A stretch of DNA of 51,647 nt from a virus (IMGVR_UViG_3300025978_000007:1-51647), one strand, 5' to 3'; positions 8,623 to 19,500 are shown, counted from the stretch's first letter. A program made the numbers and translations. The notes: a model not told the origin generated them from the letters alone.

Positions 8623-8708
8623 TTCCCTATTGCTCCTCCACTTCTAGGTCCTCCCGATTCCATGTCTTCTAATTGTTCTTCATCAAATAATTTTTCTAAA
8701 TTTTTCAT
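8619..8708 (-). CDS. 29-aa peptide (not in ORF track)
   Basis: MKNLEKLFDEEQLEDMESGGPRSGGAIGK*; A-rich leader; ATGA overlap with 8622. Confidence 0.7.
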   Translation of the reverse strand: MKNLEKLFDEEQLEDMESGGPRSGGAIGK

Positions 8709-8724
8709 TTTGTTTTATTTTTAA

Positions 8725-11700
8725 TTAATAACCTAAATAACTCCAAGCCCAATGCGTTCCATTCCAACGCACGATACATCCATCTCCATTTCCTAAAACT
8801 TTATATATTACTCCATTATCACTAGAATTTGCTCTTATGTGGTCTGTTCCATTCGTGGATACAGTGACATCTCCTCCATACATCTTTTTAAAGATAAAAG
8901 TCAATCCAACATCAGATCCGTTAGTACTAGGAGTTGGCAAAGTAAGTGTAATAGCTGAATCGGCATAACTATCTACAAAACAATCAGTCTTTAGTACCTG
9001 ATAGTTTGCTGTTACCTTTTTTGAATTGGGTATAATACCCAATACTTTAAGTCTATTGAAATAACCACCATAAGACTTACTTGCATTCACTGTGTCGGAA
9101 TCAGATGTTTGGTCTAATCCGAATATCGCTGCTGATATTCCAGATGAATCAGAGTTCCTCTTTTGCAAAAGCATAGCCAAAGTGAAATTAGATGTAAATC
9201 CCGTTGTTCCGGATAATCCCTTTATATTACTACCATTAGAGAACAATCCCTCACACCCTACTTCGCTGTAACTTCCTCCACCCAAGTCACCTGAATCCAA
9301 TGAATCCCAATAAGTAATATCTGTAGGAAGTAAACCTGATGTAGGAGTTTCTGTTTCTAACCAATCATACGTAAATATATAAGTATATCCGGTTGTTGAA
9401 TAATATACTCTATCATCTTTATAATAAATAGTTGATGAAGAGTAATTCCCCTTCCATTGTTTATCCCGTATCACCATTGCCGGCTTCTGTTGGCCAGATG
9501 ATTGCATCGCTGATATATCTTTTCCTAATCCAATTATTGCATTACTTATAGATGCTGCGTCTGCTTTATTCCTAAATATACCAAGCGACGAATCAAGAAT
9601 AGAAAGAAGTAAATTATATGGGTTGGAGCTAGTAGAAAGTTTTGAAACAATCAAATTATTGATATATGCTTCCTGTGCAAGTAATAATCCCGTTGCAATG
9701 CTAGAGAATGATGCACCAAAACTGTTCCAATGCGTGGTATCGCTATTAGGAGTTGTTGCAGAAGAGAATGAACCTCCTACGTCATATCTAGCAATATAGT
9801 AAACATTACTGTAAAGAACTACTGATACAACTGTAGCGCTACCTGTATAAGTATCCGATGCAGACCATGTTCCATAGAATGACATCGCTGGTCCCGTATT
9901 TCCTGTTGACCCTGTTGCACCTGTTGCTCCCGTATCTCCTTGCGCTCCACTAAATCTTTGAGGAGTGCTCCATGTATCTACCAATGCATCTGCCGAAGTC
10001 TTTTCCGCAGTCGTTATCCACATATATTGGTAAAGATTCATTGACGGAAGATCTGTTGTCCATCCACTAGGCACATCTTCGGTATTATCTAATGCAGGGG
10101 CTATGGTATCAGATCCGTTTACAGCATAACGATGTTCGTAATAATTTCCCGTTGCTCCTGTTGCTCCTGTGCTTCCTGTTGCTCCTGTGCTTCCTGTTGC
10201 TCCTGTGCTTCCTGTTGCTCCTGTATCTCCTTGCGCAGAAACAACCGTCCAATTCGTTCCTTCCATAGGAGTAACGTTTTGTGCCGCCGTAGAGTTAATG
10301 AATCTCCATGTAGACCCTCCATAAGTTACGGTATCTCCATTATAATAGAGAGTATTTGTAGCATATGCGCCTCTGAAAACGCTTACGGCACTTTCAATAC
10401 CTGAAGGAGAAACAGTTAACCCACCTTTTATTTTCAGTAAGTCTTCATCAGTGTCCCAATCCAAATATTTCTCGGTATTTCCTACATGTACTTTATTGTT
10501 ATCTAAATCTAAGTAGGTATTTCCATCCTGACTTTGTATTTTACCTGTAACAATAGTATTTCCATTGATAAAAGTAAATCCATTTGAGGTATAGAACTGT
10601 CTAATAGAATTAGTCAATGCCGTTAATGTTCCTAACAAGAAATAATAGTAGTTCGAATCTGAATTTACCTTATATACTGTTTCGGTAAACAATATGATAG
10701 CATCTGAACTGCCTGTTGTTGCATTGCATCTGATATAAGCATAGTATGCAGTATCAGCATCCGAAGCAGTGAAACTGCCACTAACAATGTTCCAAGTTCT
10801 ATCGGTGCTCTGTTGAGTACTATCGACAATCGTTCCCGCACTCCACGATACAACATTAGGCGTATTTGAATAAGTTGTAACACTTACCCCTGTAAGCGTA
10901 TATTGTTGAGTTTCCGTCCCAAATAAAGCCATAGCCGTTTTTACAAATAATGGGGCTATTCCATCAGTGAAATAACTGCTTTCAGGGTCAAATGCCATAG
11001 ATATAGCTTCGGACGCACTCTTATAAGTACGCACCTTAGCCATTTGAGTATTCAGATTGCTATATTGGACATAAGTGGAATTTTGATTTGTTGAGTTTAT
11101 TATTGATTGAATCTTACTAGGAACATAAGGAGTATTATCAAGCGTAATCTCATATTTATATGCTTCGGTAATATATCTCTTTAAATCGGTTACTCTATAC
11201 ATTAAATCAATCCCGAAATCAGTATCAATCACTTGAATAACATCACCAATACTTATATTTATCAGATTATTTGTTGCCCAAACAGTATCGACATCGCCTT
11301 TGTATGTAACCTGATCCACGCAATACTGATTCAAATATACTTGCGCCTTCGCTTTCAAGTAATTCTCATTCTTACTAATGTAAGATTGTGGCATATAGAA
11401 ATCAACGATATTGAATTGATCACCTGCAGCAAAAGTATATCCCGCTGTTGGTAAGGTCGAATCGTTTCCATCTTGTATGGATTCAATCGTCATTTGTTTG
11501 GTAGTCTTATCAAAATCAGAAATTGGAAACTCGTATCCTGCCAAGTTACCGGTAATGAAATGAACTTTAGGCAATGTCCCGTCTTGCATGACTAGATCCG
11601 CATCACGAGGATTAAAAGATAAGTTTTTATCAATCAACTTATATTCCCCAACTGCTGTCGTTACAGTGCCTTCGGTAATCTGCCAATAAGAACCTTCAGC

Positions 11701-12924
11701 GGGCGTTATATTAACTCCGCTAACTCCTATGAATGTCCATGAATAGTTATTATAAACAACCATGCTACCACTTACATAAGTGACGGTTGAATCATAATCA
11801 TCCGTTGCATGAAGCATAGCTGGGTAAATATCGTCCCAAGTTTGAATCGTTTCAAGCGGATGTTTCAAATCTATATTATCTGCATCCAAATAATATTTGT
11901 CAGGAAGCATCAACCTCTTTGAACCTCCTCGATAGGTTGAACGTATATTCTTCGTTCCCCCTAAAGCGATAAGACGGGTAACCTTTTTTGATTGAGTTAC
12001 TTCGTCACGTTCGATATTTTGAAAACCATTCCCGCTGCCATACTTCATTACTAAAGAAGTAGTGTTAGAACGTTTACCTATATTTATTGTGTAATTGTCG
12101 TGTGATGTTTGACCTATCCAAAACTCTGTATCGTATAAGTCAGCCGTAGTGCCTAAAGCTGAGAGAACTGATACATTGGAGAATGCTTGTTCTTTTGGTT
12201 GGTCTGTAATAGTATATCCAACTGTCCAATTCTGATCAGGGCGACCACGATTCATATTGTCGCAGAATAACTGTGCCCATCTGCCTGGAGTAAGTACGGA
12301 AGAGAAGTCCCATTTAGGAGCCGTTGCTATTAAAGTCCAATAATTGCCTTCTTCGGGATGTGTATTGGTTGTATCAACCGAACCTATATGTTTCCAAATG
12401 CAATCATCATAGACTACTTCATCTCCATAAGTATAAGTAGTTGAAGCTACGTATTGAGCTACCTCATGCGTTACATTTGATTTAAGTTGCCAATAACTTC
12501 CTTCTTCAGGTGAGATTCCATTAATTGAAGTTGTTGAAATACACTCCCAATAAAGAGTATGATAAGAAACAACCATACCCTTAGAATAAGTCGTTGCACT
12601 ATTATATGCGGGAGTGATAGAAGAGGTCGTATTGTCAAATAGTTGCAAATTTACATCATCCATATCAGCCCTGGGGCTTTCAAATTTCAATGTATATTCG
12701 TAATGAACAGAAGAATACTTTTTTACGGGTGCAGGTTTCTTTAGAATCGTATAATACATTCCATAAAGTTCCACATAATCACCTATATCGAAAGGGATAT
12801 ATTCTCCTAAGACAAATTTTATCTGTGCATATTCCTCATCAGATATTTTGTTTTCTATATAACTATCCGCACTCTCATGAATGGCTGTGCGGATAGTATT
12901 GTCTGCTTTATATACCGTTATCAT
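8725..12924 (-). CDS. Tail-tip hub / central fibre protein with CBM5/12-like repeats and collagen-like linkers
   Basis: VTRLIALGGTKNI and DDIYP hub-type motifs; six Y-x4-Y-x2-G-x2-V-type modules; GxT triplets. Confidence 0.8.
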   Translation of the reverse strand: MITVYKADNTIRTAIHESADSYIENKISDEEYAQIKFVLGEYIPFDIGDYVELYGMYYTILKKPAPVKKYSSVHYEYTLKFESPRADMDDVNLQLFDNTTSSITPAYNSATTYSKGMVVSYHTLYWECISTTSINGISPEEGSYWQLKSNVTHEVAQYVASTTYTYGDEVVYDDCIWKHIGSVDTTNTHPEEGNYWTLIATAPKWDFSSVLTPGRWAQLFCDNMNRGRPDQNWTVGYTITDQPKEQAFSNVSVLSALGTTADLYDTEFWIGQTSHDNYTINIGKRSNTTSLVMKYGSGNGFQNIERDEVTQSKKVTRLIALGGTKNIRSTYRGGSKRLMLPDKYYLDADNIDLKHPLETIQTWDDIYPAMLHATDDYDSTVTYVSGSMVVYNNYSWTFIGVSGVNITPAEGSYWQITEGTVTTAVGEYKLIDKNLSFNPRDADLVMQDGTLPKVHFITGNLAGYEFPISDFDKTTKQMTIESIQDGNDSTLPTAGYTFAAGDQFNIVDFYMPQSYISKNENYLKAKAQVYLNQYCVDQVTYKGDVDTVWATNNLINISIGDVIQVIDTDFGIDLMYRVTDLKRYITEAYKYEITLDNTPYVPSKIQSIINSTNQNSTYVQYSNLNTQMAKVRTYKSASEAISMAFDPESSYFTDGIAPLFVKTAMALFGTETQQYTLTGVSVTTYSNTPNVVSWSAGTIVDSTQQSTDRTWNIVSGSFTASDADTAYYAYIRCNATTGSSDAIILFTETVYKVNSDSNYYYFLLGTLTALTNSIRQFYTSNGFTFINGNTIVTGKIQSQDGNTYLDLDNNKVHVGNTEKYLDWDTDEDLLKIKGGLTVSPSGIESAVSVFRGAYATNTLYYNGDTVTYGGSTWRFINSTAAQNVTPMEGTNWTVVSAQGDTGATGSTGATGSTGATGSTGATGATGNYYEHRYAVNGSDTIAPALDNTEDVPSGWTTDLPSMNLYQYMWITTAEKTSADALVDTWSTPQRFSGAQGDTGATGATGSTGNTGPAMSFYGTWSASDTYTGSATVVSVVLYSNVYYIARYDVGGSFSSATTPNSDTTHWNSFGASFSSIATGLLLAQEAYINNLIVSKLSTSSNPYNLLLSILDSSLGIFRNKADAASISNAIIGLGKDISAMQSSGQQKPAMVIRDKQWKGNYSSSTIYYKDDRVYYSTTGYTYIFTYDWLETETPTSGLLPTDITYWDSLDSGDLGGGSYSEVGCEGLFSNGSNIKGLSGTTGFTSNFTLAMLLQKRNSDSSGISAAIFGLDQTSDSDTVNASKSYGGYFNRLKVLGIIPNSKKVTANYQVLKTDCFVDSYADSAITLTLPTPSTNGSDVGLTFIFKKMYGGDVTVSTNGTDHIRANSSDNGVIYKVLGNGDGCIVRWNGTHWAWSYLGY
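10147..10230 (-). repeat. Collagen-like (GATGST)n coding repeat; shorter copy at about 9890-9948
   Basis: Tandem 18-nt units TGTTGCTCCTGTGCTTCC. Confidence 0.9.
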
Positions 12925-13244
12925 TATGCTAATATTTCATCAGCCCATACTTTAGAATTAGCTACTAAAGTTTCATGCGCTGCTTTCTCGGCTGTATCAG
13001 AATCACGCGAGAATGCTAATTTAATCTCATCAGCATAAGAATATCTTTCAGCGATTATTGCCTTGATTATCTCATCTTTAGTTAACTCGGTGATGATATA
13101 TTGAGTATTATACTCATACGTATATTCTGTACGTGTACTTCCATCATCCAATGTTTTTGTCACTTCCTGTATGTTCCATCTTATTTGGAACTTACCATCT
13201 AAAAATTCAGACATAGATGGCTTTTCAATGCTATTTCCTATCAT
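12924..13244 (-). CDS. Small tail-fibre-associated (chaperone-like) protein
   Basis: Follows the fibre gene; IIKAIIAERYSYADEI motif. Confidence 0.6.
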   Translation of the reverse strand: MIGNSIEKPSMSEFLDGKFQIRWNIQEVTKTLDDGSTRTEYTYEYNTQYIITELTKDEIIKAIIAERYSYADEIKLAFSRDSDTAEKAAHETLVANSKVWADEILA

Positions 13245-13261
13245 AATTTTTTAATTTTTAT

Positions 13262-15271
13262 TCATTTTCTTTCAAAGCAAAGCCGAAACCCGAAACTCAA
13301 ATTCGTATTCGCAAGGCCGTAAGCCGAATAACGAGCCGCAATACCCGCCGTCGCCGAAAAATACAAGACGCCACCAGCGAGCAACAGGCGACAATAATCT
13401 TTAGTAGCATCAGCCAAATAAGACCAATTATAATCAGTTACATAAGTGGAAGAGCTTCCTCCTAAAGTAATTGGATTACTATATACCCCAATAGAACTTA
13501 TATATGATTCATTAGAAGAAGATGCCATCGGAATTCCCAAATCAGTATAAGTAGATAATATTGTTGCTTGATCTGATGAAAATAAGTCAGGATTCGGTGT
13601 AGCGAACATATGCTTTGATCCTGCTACTCTTCCATCAGGAGAGCAACCATCTATCATTTTCCATACATGCCCAAACATATTTTCTATCCAAAAAAATCTA
13701 TTTGCTATATATTTATTTGTATCATTCCATGTCGCTCCTACCGATGTAACAGCAATTGTTCCTGTTGCTCCTGTTGTCGCTGCATTATAAGTATGCGTAT
13801 TAACTGTTCCGATAGTAGTTGCTATAAAATCTACATAAGCATTACCTGCTGTATAAGATACCGTATATCCTGTAAAAGTTAATGTAGCTATATAAGCTGC
13901 TAACAGCACTGATGTCGAATAGGATGTAGTTACCGGGATAGTATTTACATGAGTACCTAACGTGATTACTATACTATCATTAGCAGAAACTCCAGCTGTA
14001 AAAGTTAATCTTACATGCTCCGCAACTCCTGAATAGATATCAGAATCATTCGTTGCATCAGCCGCTACGCTACCGTTTATTCCTGTAAGTACTTTTGTTC
14101 GTCCTGTAGTTCTTCTATAACTATCTGCATAGGTTGATAATTCTGTGTATCCAGGCAAACTTACCTGTGAATTTAACTCAGCGAAATATAAATACCAAAG
14201 TGATTGAATTACATCTTGTGTGTAAAAATCATACGTATGCCATCCTGTTCCTCTTGCTACTGCCTGTGCTCTGGCGGTTGCTAAAGTTACTCCAGAATAA
14301 ATAGAACCACCAACAATGCTTTGCATAAGCGTTCCCGAAGTAGACGCTTCAAACATGCCTACGAATATTTCATCTCTGCCATTTCCCCAAGTAAATTTTT
14401 CATGTAAGGTAAACCCAGGTAATGGAATTAGCGAGAATTGAAGTTTAGTTAATCTATTTTGAGCGTCAACAGTACGTTTGATATAGAATTTCTTAATACC
14501 AACCATACATTGCCCACTTGCTCCTGTCAAATCAGATGCTTGACCATTAGTCTTATAATTGATATTAGTAGCCAATTCTTGCGTTACAACACCCGAATCA
14601 TTTAACGTAACAGGACGAATGCAAGTTGAAAATATTTCATTTTTAATATTATCATTGCCTATTCGAGTTAATGCCGTTGCCGGTGCATCGAAATTAAATT
14701 GGATGCCGCAAGATAAGACATTTTCTTGCACTTGTTGAGCAAAAGAAGTCCATGCACCCCATACCGAATTTATCTTTGTCCTTTCATAAACAATGATAGT
14801 AGTAGAATACGCAACTGCTCTTTGATAAGCACTGATATTACCTGTATTGCTATTTACATGATTAACAAACCATGAATATGCAGAATCAGGGACATTTGAA
14901 GCCGTTCCTAAAGCCGTATAATATCCCGAAGAAACAGGGGTATTCAAATCTGTTAAAACACTACCTCCATAGAAACCGCCTGATACCCTATTCCATGAAG
15001 AAGCAGATGCAGTAACTGAGGTTGCTTGCCATATCTCAAGAGAAGTCAAATTTAAAGCAATATCTCCTATCCTATGTGGAGAAATAGAAGAGGTATATGG
15101 ATTAGTTAAAGATACAGCCGAAAAAGTTTGTACGGCTATATCTCCTTGAACTTTCGTAGATATTTGGCTAGTCAATATTTTCACAGGGGTTGTTCCTTGT
15201 GTTGCCGGTATCATCTCTGCTCCATTAAGAGTTGAAGCTTGAGGAAATGCACTTATTTTTATATCACTCAT
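13262..15271 (-). CDS. Tail fibre / receptor-binding protein with C-terminal CLec-type (Mtd-like) domain; putative DGR target
   Basis: N-terminal KISAFPQASTLNGAEMIP attachment motif; IENMFGHVWKMIDG and terminal GG...AG...GFRLCF. Confidence 0.85.
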   Translation of the reverse strand: MSDIKISAFPQASTLNGAEMIPATQGTTPVKILTSQISTKVQGDIAVQTFSAVSLTNPYTSSISPHRIGDIALNLTSLEIWQATSVTASASSWNRVSGGFYGGSVLTDLNTPVSSGYYTALGTASNVPDSAYSWFVNHVNSNTGNISAYQRAVAYSTTIIVYERTKINSVWGAWTSFAQQVQENVLSCGIQFNFDAPATALTRIGNDNIKNEIFSTCIRPVTLNDSGVVTQELATNINYKTNGQASDLTGASGQCMVGIKKFYIKRTVDAQNRLTKLQFSLIPLPGFTLHEKFTWGNGRDEIFVGMFEASTSGTLMQSIVGGSIYSGVTLATARAQAVARGTGWHTYDFYTQDVIQSLWYLYFAELNSQVSLPGYTELSTYADSYRRTTGRTKVLTGINGSVAADATNDSDIYSGVAEHVRLTFTAGVSANDSIVITLGTHVNTIPVTTSYSTSVLLAAYIATLTFTGYTVSYTAGNAYVDFIATTIGTVNTHTYNAATTGATGTIAVTSVGATWNDTNKYIANRFFWIENMFGHVWKMIDGCSPDGRVAGSKHMFATPNPDLFSSDQATILSTYTDLGIPMASSSNESYISSIGVYSNPITLGGSSSTYVTDYNWSYLADATKDYCRLLLAGGVLYFSATAGIAARYSAYGLANTNLSFGFRLCFERK
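13277..13390 (-). repeat. DGR-type variable region VR3 at the fibre C-terminus
   Basis: About 114-nt GC-rich, A-poor block; last 72 nt colinear with VR1 and VR2. Confidence 0.85.
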
Positions 15272-15275
15272 AATT

Positions 15276-15404
15276 TTAAAATATTATATAATTTCCATTT
15301 TCGTCTGTAATTCTATTCATTAGTTCATCACATAAGTAAAATATGATAGGGGTTCCAACTCCAACCATATCTACATCAATTCCTATTCCAATTCCTATAT
15401 TCAT
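15276..15404 (-). CDS. 42-aa adaptor-like peptide (not in ORF track)
   Basis: MNIGIGIGIDVDMVGVGTPIIFYLCDELMNRITDENGNYIIF*; fills the gap, TAATG overlap. Confidence 0.8.
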   Translation of the reverse strand: MNIGIGIGIDVDMVGVGTPIIFYLCDELMNRITDENGNYIIF

Positions 15405-15706
15405 TATCGTCCTGCTCCAATATAAATGTCGTACAAGGTCAATATTGTAGGATTAGCAGATATTTTTTGTATGATACATGGAGACCATTGATTAACCAAA
15501 AAAGGTAAATCGCTAGATATGTCATCTTCCAATAATTGCACACTAAGAATTACACTAGTATCATAAGAGCTATTCTTAGGTCTTATGAATATTGTGTATG
15601 GGCTACCTCCATTATCAAAATCACTAGATAATGAAGTCAATTGCGAATGCTTTAATACTCTTGTATTCTCAGCCGTTTGTAGGGGGTAAAATTTAAGCCA
15701 TGACAT
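15404..15706 (-). CDS. Small beta-rich structural protein (possible head-spike base)
   Basis: 100 aa, immediately upstream of the IGIGIG peptide. Confidence 0.55.
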   Translation of the reverse strand: MSWLKFYPLQTAENTRVLKHSQLTSLSSDFDNGGSPYTIFIRPKNSSYDTSVILSVQLLEDDISSDLPFLVNQWSPCIIQKISANPTILTLYDIYIGAGR

Positions 15707-15709
15707 AAT

Positions 15710-16171
15710 TTATACTATTATTCTGTTCATTAATTCGTCACAAATATTATTGCCATTCTCATCTAACAAATAAATATTCGTTCTATTTAAGAAGTTAGCT
15801 TCACGTAACTTGATAGCGAATGTGCTACCTGTCACATAAAAACTAAATTCAGAGTGCGAAATATACTCATAATTAATCTTTTTATCAACTAAAAATGAAA
15901 AAAGTTCAAAAGTCGGATGCGCTACCATATATCTGCAAAATGCCAAATAGTTGGCGTATGTGTCTACACCGAATGAAATAGTAGGCTCAACGCTCTTTAA
16001 AAATGGTGTTCCATGTATTTCTTCTATTCCGTCTTCATCTTCAAAGTCTACAGATATTTTATCCTTCGCATCAGGATATTTCATGATGGTTGAATAGAAT
16101 TTACTATATAGAGGAACTAGACCCCATGTAGATTGTATTTCTTGTCCATCTATGTAAACTTTATCTATCAT
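15710..16171 (-). CDS. Distal-tail-like protein 2
   Basis: Paralogue of 16161-16541 (VYIDGxEIxSTWGL); extra C-terminal DE motif. Confidence 0.7.
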   Translation of the reverse strand: MIDKVYIDGQEIQSTWGLVPLYSKFYSTIMKYPDAKDKISVDFEDEDGIEEIHGTPFLKSVEPTISFGVDTYANYLAFCRYMVAHPTFELFSFLVDKKINYEYISHSEFSFYVTGSTFAIKLREANFLNRTNIYLLDENGNNICDELMNRIIV

Positions 16172-16541
16172 TGAAATTCCTTTCTTTTACTTTTATCTCA
16201 AAGGTTATCCCTTGTGAATCAAAATCACTTGTAGATACATATTCCAAAGTAATACTCCCTATAATACTTGACGATAGAACGAATGTATCTTTTGAGGTGA
16301 TATAATCCATAAATGTCAAGTAATGTGCGTAGGTATCTATCCCTAAAGAAATAGATGGTTCACGTGGCTTTAAATATCCTTTAGTATAATAAATCTCGAT
16401 ACCGTTTTCGTCCGTATAGTCGTTTGATACCCTATCTTTGATGTCAGGAAATTGCATCAACGAGGAATAGAATTTCTCATATAAAGGGTTCAATCCCCAA
16501 GTTGACTTAATTTCCTTACCGTCTATATATACCGTATCCAT
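16161..16541 (-). CDS. Distal-tail-like protein 1
   Basis: Directly after the tape measure gene; DYTDENG motif. Confidence 0.7.
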   Translation of the reverse strand: MDTVYIDGKEIKSTWGLNPLYEKFYSSLMQFPDIKDRVSNDYTDENGIEIYYTKGYLKPREPSISLGIDTYAHYLTFMDYITSKDTFVLSSSIIGSITLEYVSTSDFDSQGITFEIKVKERNFNDR

Positions 16542-16542
16542 A

Positions 16543-19500
16543 TTATCTTGCTATTACACCCTTCGAATACATATCACTAACAACTGACTTAATGTCTGCT
16601 ATAAGTGCCGTATATCCCTTTATTGCTGATATGTCACTTGCTATTAAGTCTATTTTATTATTATTATCTTTCAAAGATACTAAAATATCAGAAACATTCA
16701 AACGAATTGCGCTAAATTGTGCACTTAGAACATCCGCTTGATCTTCACTCATTGATTGGAAAGAAGAGGTAATGGTATTCGAAGAAGTATCTGTTTTACT
16801 CACATCGGCTAATGCAAGCAAAGCATCTATCTTATCGCTTGCAGTGGTATATATATTTTCATATTCATCCTTTAATGTAGCTGCCTCATCAGCTGACAAT
16901 GTATCATCGTTCAAATCAGTTGCAAATTCAGTATACCATGTTTCTAGCGCGCTAGATAGATAATTAGTCTTGACTAAGTTAAGAATAGCTTTACGCATAT
17001 ACGTTTCAAAGTTGTCAGATATATCCGACATAGTTGTATCTGCCGAAAGAAGTAGATCATCCAATCCATCTTTCAGATCGCTCCAATCTACACCGGTAGC
17101 CGAAGCATATATTTCATTTAAAGTGTCTTGTAGGCTATTTGCATCAGAGATTATTTCATCGAAATAACCTGTTACCGTGCTGTCTAGCCTACTCCATGCT
17201 TCAGGATCTTCAGTCTTTAGGGTTTCTAGCTGCTCTCCTGTCAATGTGGAAAGATCGGTAATGTTGTCTATTGATATTCCATAAGTATCTTTAAGGGTAT
17301 TATAGAATGTGAGAAGATCTTGATTATTTTGAGCTAAATCACTTGTAGAATACCCCTCGGCTAATGTCGCTTTAATATCGCTTATTGTCCCATATTTATA
17401 TTCAATAGAATGATGCCCGGTTCCCGAATCTTCCATCTTAGCCTTAGCCAAAGCTTGATAGTTCTCTACTTCTTCTTTGATGGATGCTATTTCGGCTGCA
17501 CCTGTTGTCAATGATGCGCTTCCCGATTCAGTCTCTAATAAAGTCTTATAAAGGCTTACCGTACCCTCTAAAGTTTTATTTAAAGAAGTAAGTTGTTTCT
17601 CTAGCTTTTGGAAATTTGATTCTTTAGAAAATAAGGATGCGACTTTCTCTGCTAATTGGATTGCAGTAGTAATAACAGATAGAATAATACTAGCTTTCTC
17701 GATAGTAGAAATTGTGCTAGAACCTGCCTTAGATGCTGTATCCATTCCTGTTATGGCAGTAGTTACCGTTGTTGAGATGCTACCTACTAATGAAATTATA
17801 CCACCTGTTACACCGCCAATTGAATCTCCTACAGAAGTAATTGATTTGCCTAAATCTCCTAGTGCGCCAGTCAATGTTTTTTCTGCTGTATCTATTTCTT
17901 TATGTATAGCCACCACTTTAGAACCAGAAATGGCATTTTTATTTTGCGCAGCCGTCAACTTATTATAAGCAGCAGTTGTTTTATCCGTGCTTGTTGAGGT
18001 GTTATCCTTTGTCGAAGAAAGTTTAGTCTTCCCTTTTATCTTAGGAGTAGAAATCTCTTCAGGAGTATAAGAAAGAGTTGGAGTTGTAATTGATTCGGCA
18101 AGTATATCGTCATATTCTTTTTTAGCCTTTACTAATTCATCTTCTGATTGTTTAAGTTCTTGTTTTGCTTTCACCAAATCCTTATTTCCCTTGGATATAA
18201 CCGTAAAAGGATCTTTCTTAGATAACTTATCAAATACCTTATTTATCTCCTCGGTATAAGTTTTTATATCTTCGGGATTATAAGCTTCGACTGCTACCTT
18301 ACGATATTCTTTCAACATATCCATCAAGTTCCATAGTCCTTGTGTAGAGACCTTATTCAAATCATCAAAAGCTAATTGATAAGTTGGTGTTTCCTTTACT
18401 TGTTTGAAAGATAAGTTAGATTGATCTAGAACGCGCTCTTTTTCATTTTGTGCTATTCGGGAAGTCATACTACCATATTCGGGTGATCCTTCCTTATATT
18501 GGCTTCTTACGTCTTCTAGGGCTTGTTTGTCTGCATAGTACTTCCTATCTATCTCCTGTTTTTGTTGAGTATAGTCATTATAGGATCTAAGCAATTCATT
18601 TTGTAACTGATGCTCTTTTGCTAAACGTACATCATTGGCAGCTTGAGTAGCATCATTTACTCCTACCTTAGAAGCCTCTGGAACATCATTCCATGTTTGT
18701 ATCTTTGGATTATATGTTCCTCTTTGCTTAACGGGGGTATTCAGATATTCTGATTTCTCATTTTGTTGAGAAAGCTTCAATATCTTATCTTTCTCATTAT
18801 CTATATCATTAATTTTCTTATTATATTCATTTTCAATTACTTGTTTGTCATGTATATAACCCTTATCCATACTATCTGCATAAGCTTCTTGCCTCATTTG
18901 TTCAGCCTGAGCTTCATAGTCTGTTATCTCTTTATTGTTCGACCTGATCTGTTCTTTGCGCGTTTTTACCCCTGAATCAAATGCGTTCTTTTGTTCGCGT
19001 TCACGTTCAGCCTTTGTTTGAGCAGATTTTGCCTTTCTATCAAGTTGGCTAGATTTTTCATATTTATCAAGTTCTTCTTGCGCCTTACGTTCCATTTCCA
19101 AGTCATGATTCCATTCGGTAGATCCGGAAGAAGATGAAGGAATAACTGATCTTTTCTGTTGCCAATAGGCTACTTGTTTCTTCCAATAATCCTCATTTTT
19201 TGGCATATTAGCTTCTGCTGATGATGCTTTTCGCATATTGGAATTAATCTCCAATACCATTTTGCTCATCTTATTCGCATAGTCTTGTGCAATCTTCAAA
19301 TCACTTTCTAATTTAATAACAACAGCCTCCATACCAGGATTGTATGATTGAGTATTTTTATTGCTTATTTCTAGTGAACTTTTTGCATCATTAAGATTAC
19401 TTTTAGTTGTAATTACTTGTCTTTGCGCTTGAAAATAGGCAATACGCGTTTGAATATCCGCATTGTATAAAGCCTGTGAAGCAACTTGTTTCTGCCAATA

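Noticed and set aside
10119-10404. QEQQEA-repeat and CSCASC-repeat ORFs
   Set aside because: Alternate-frame and antisense shadows of the collagen-like repeat.
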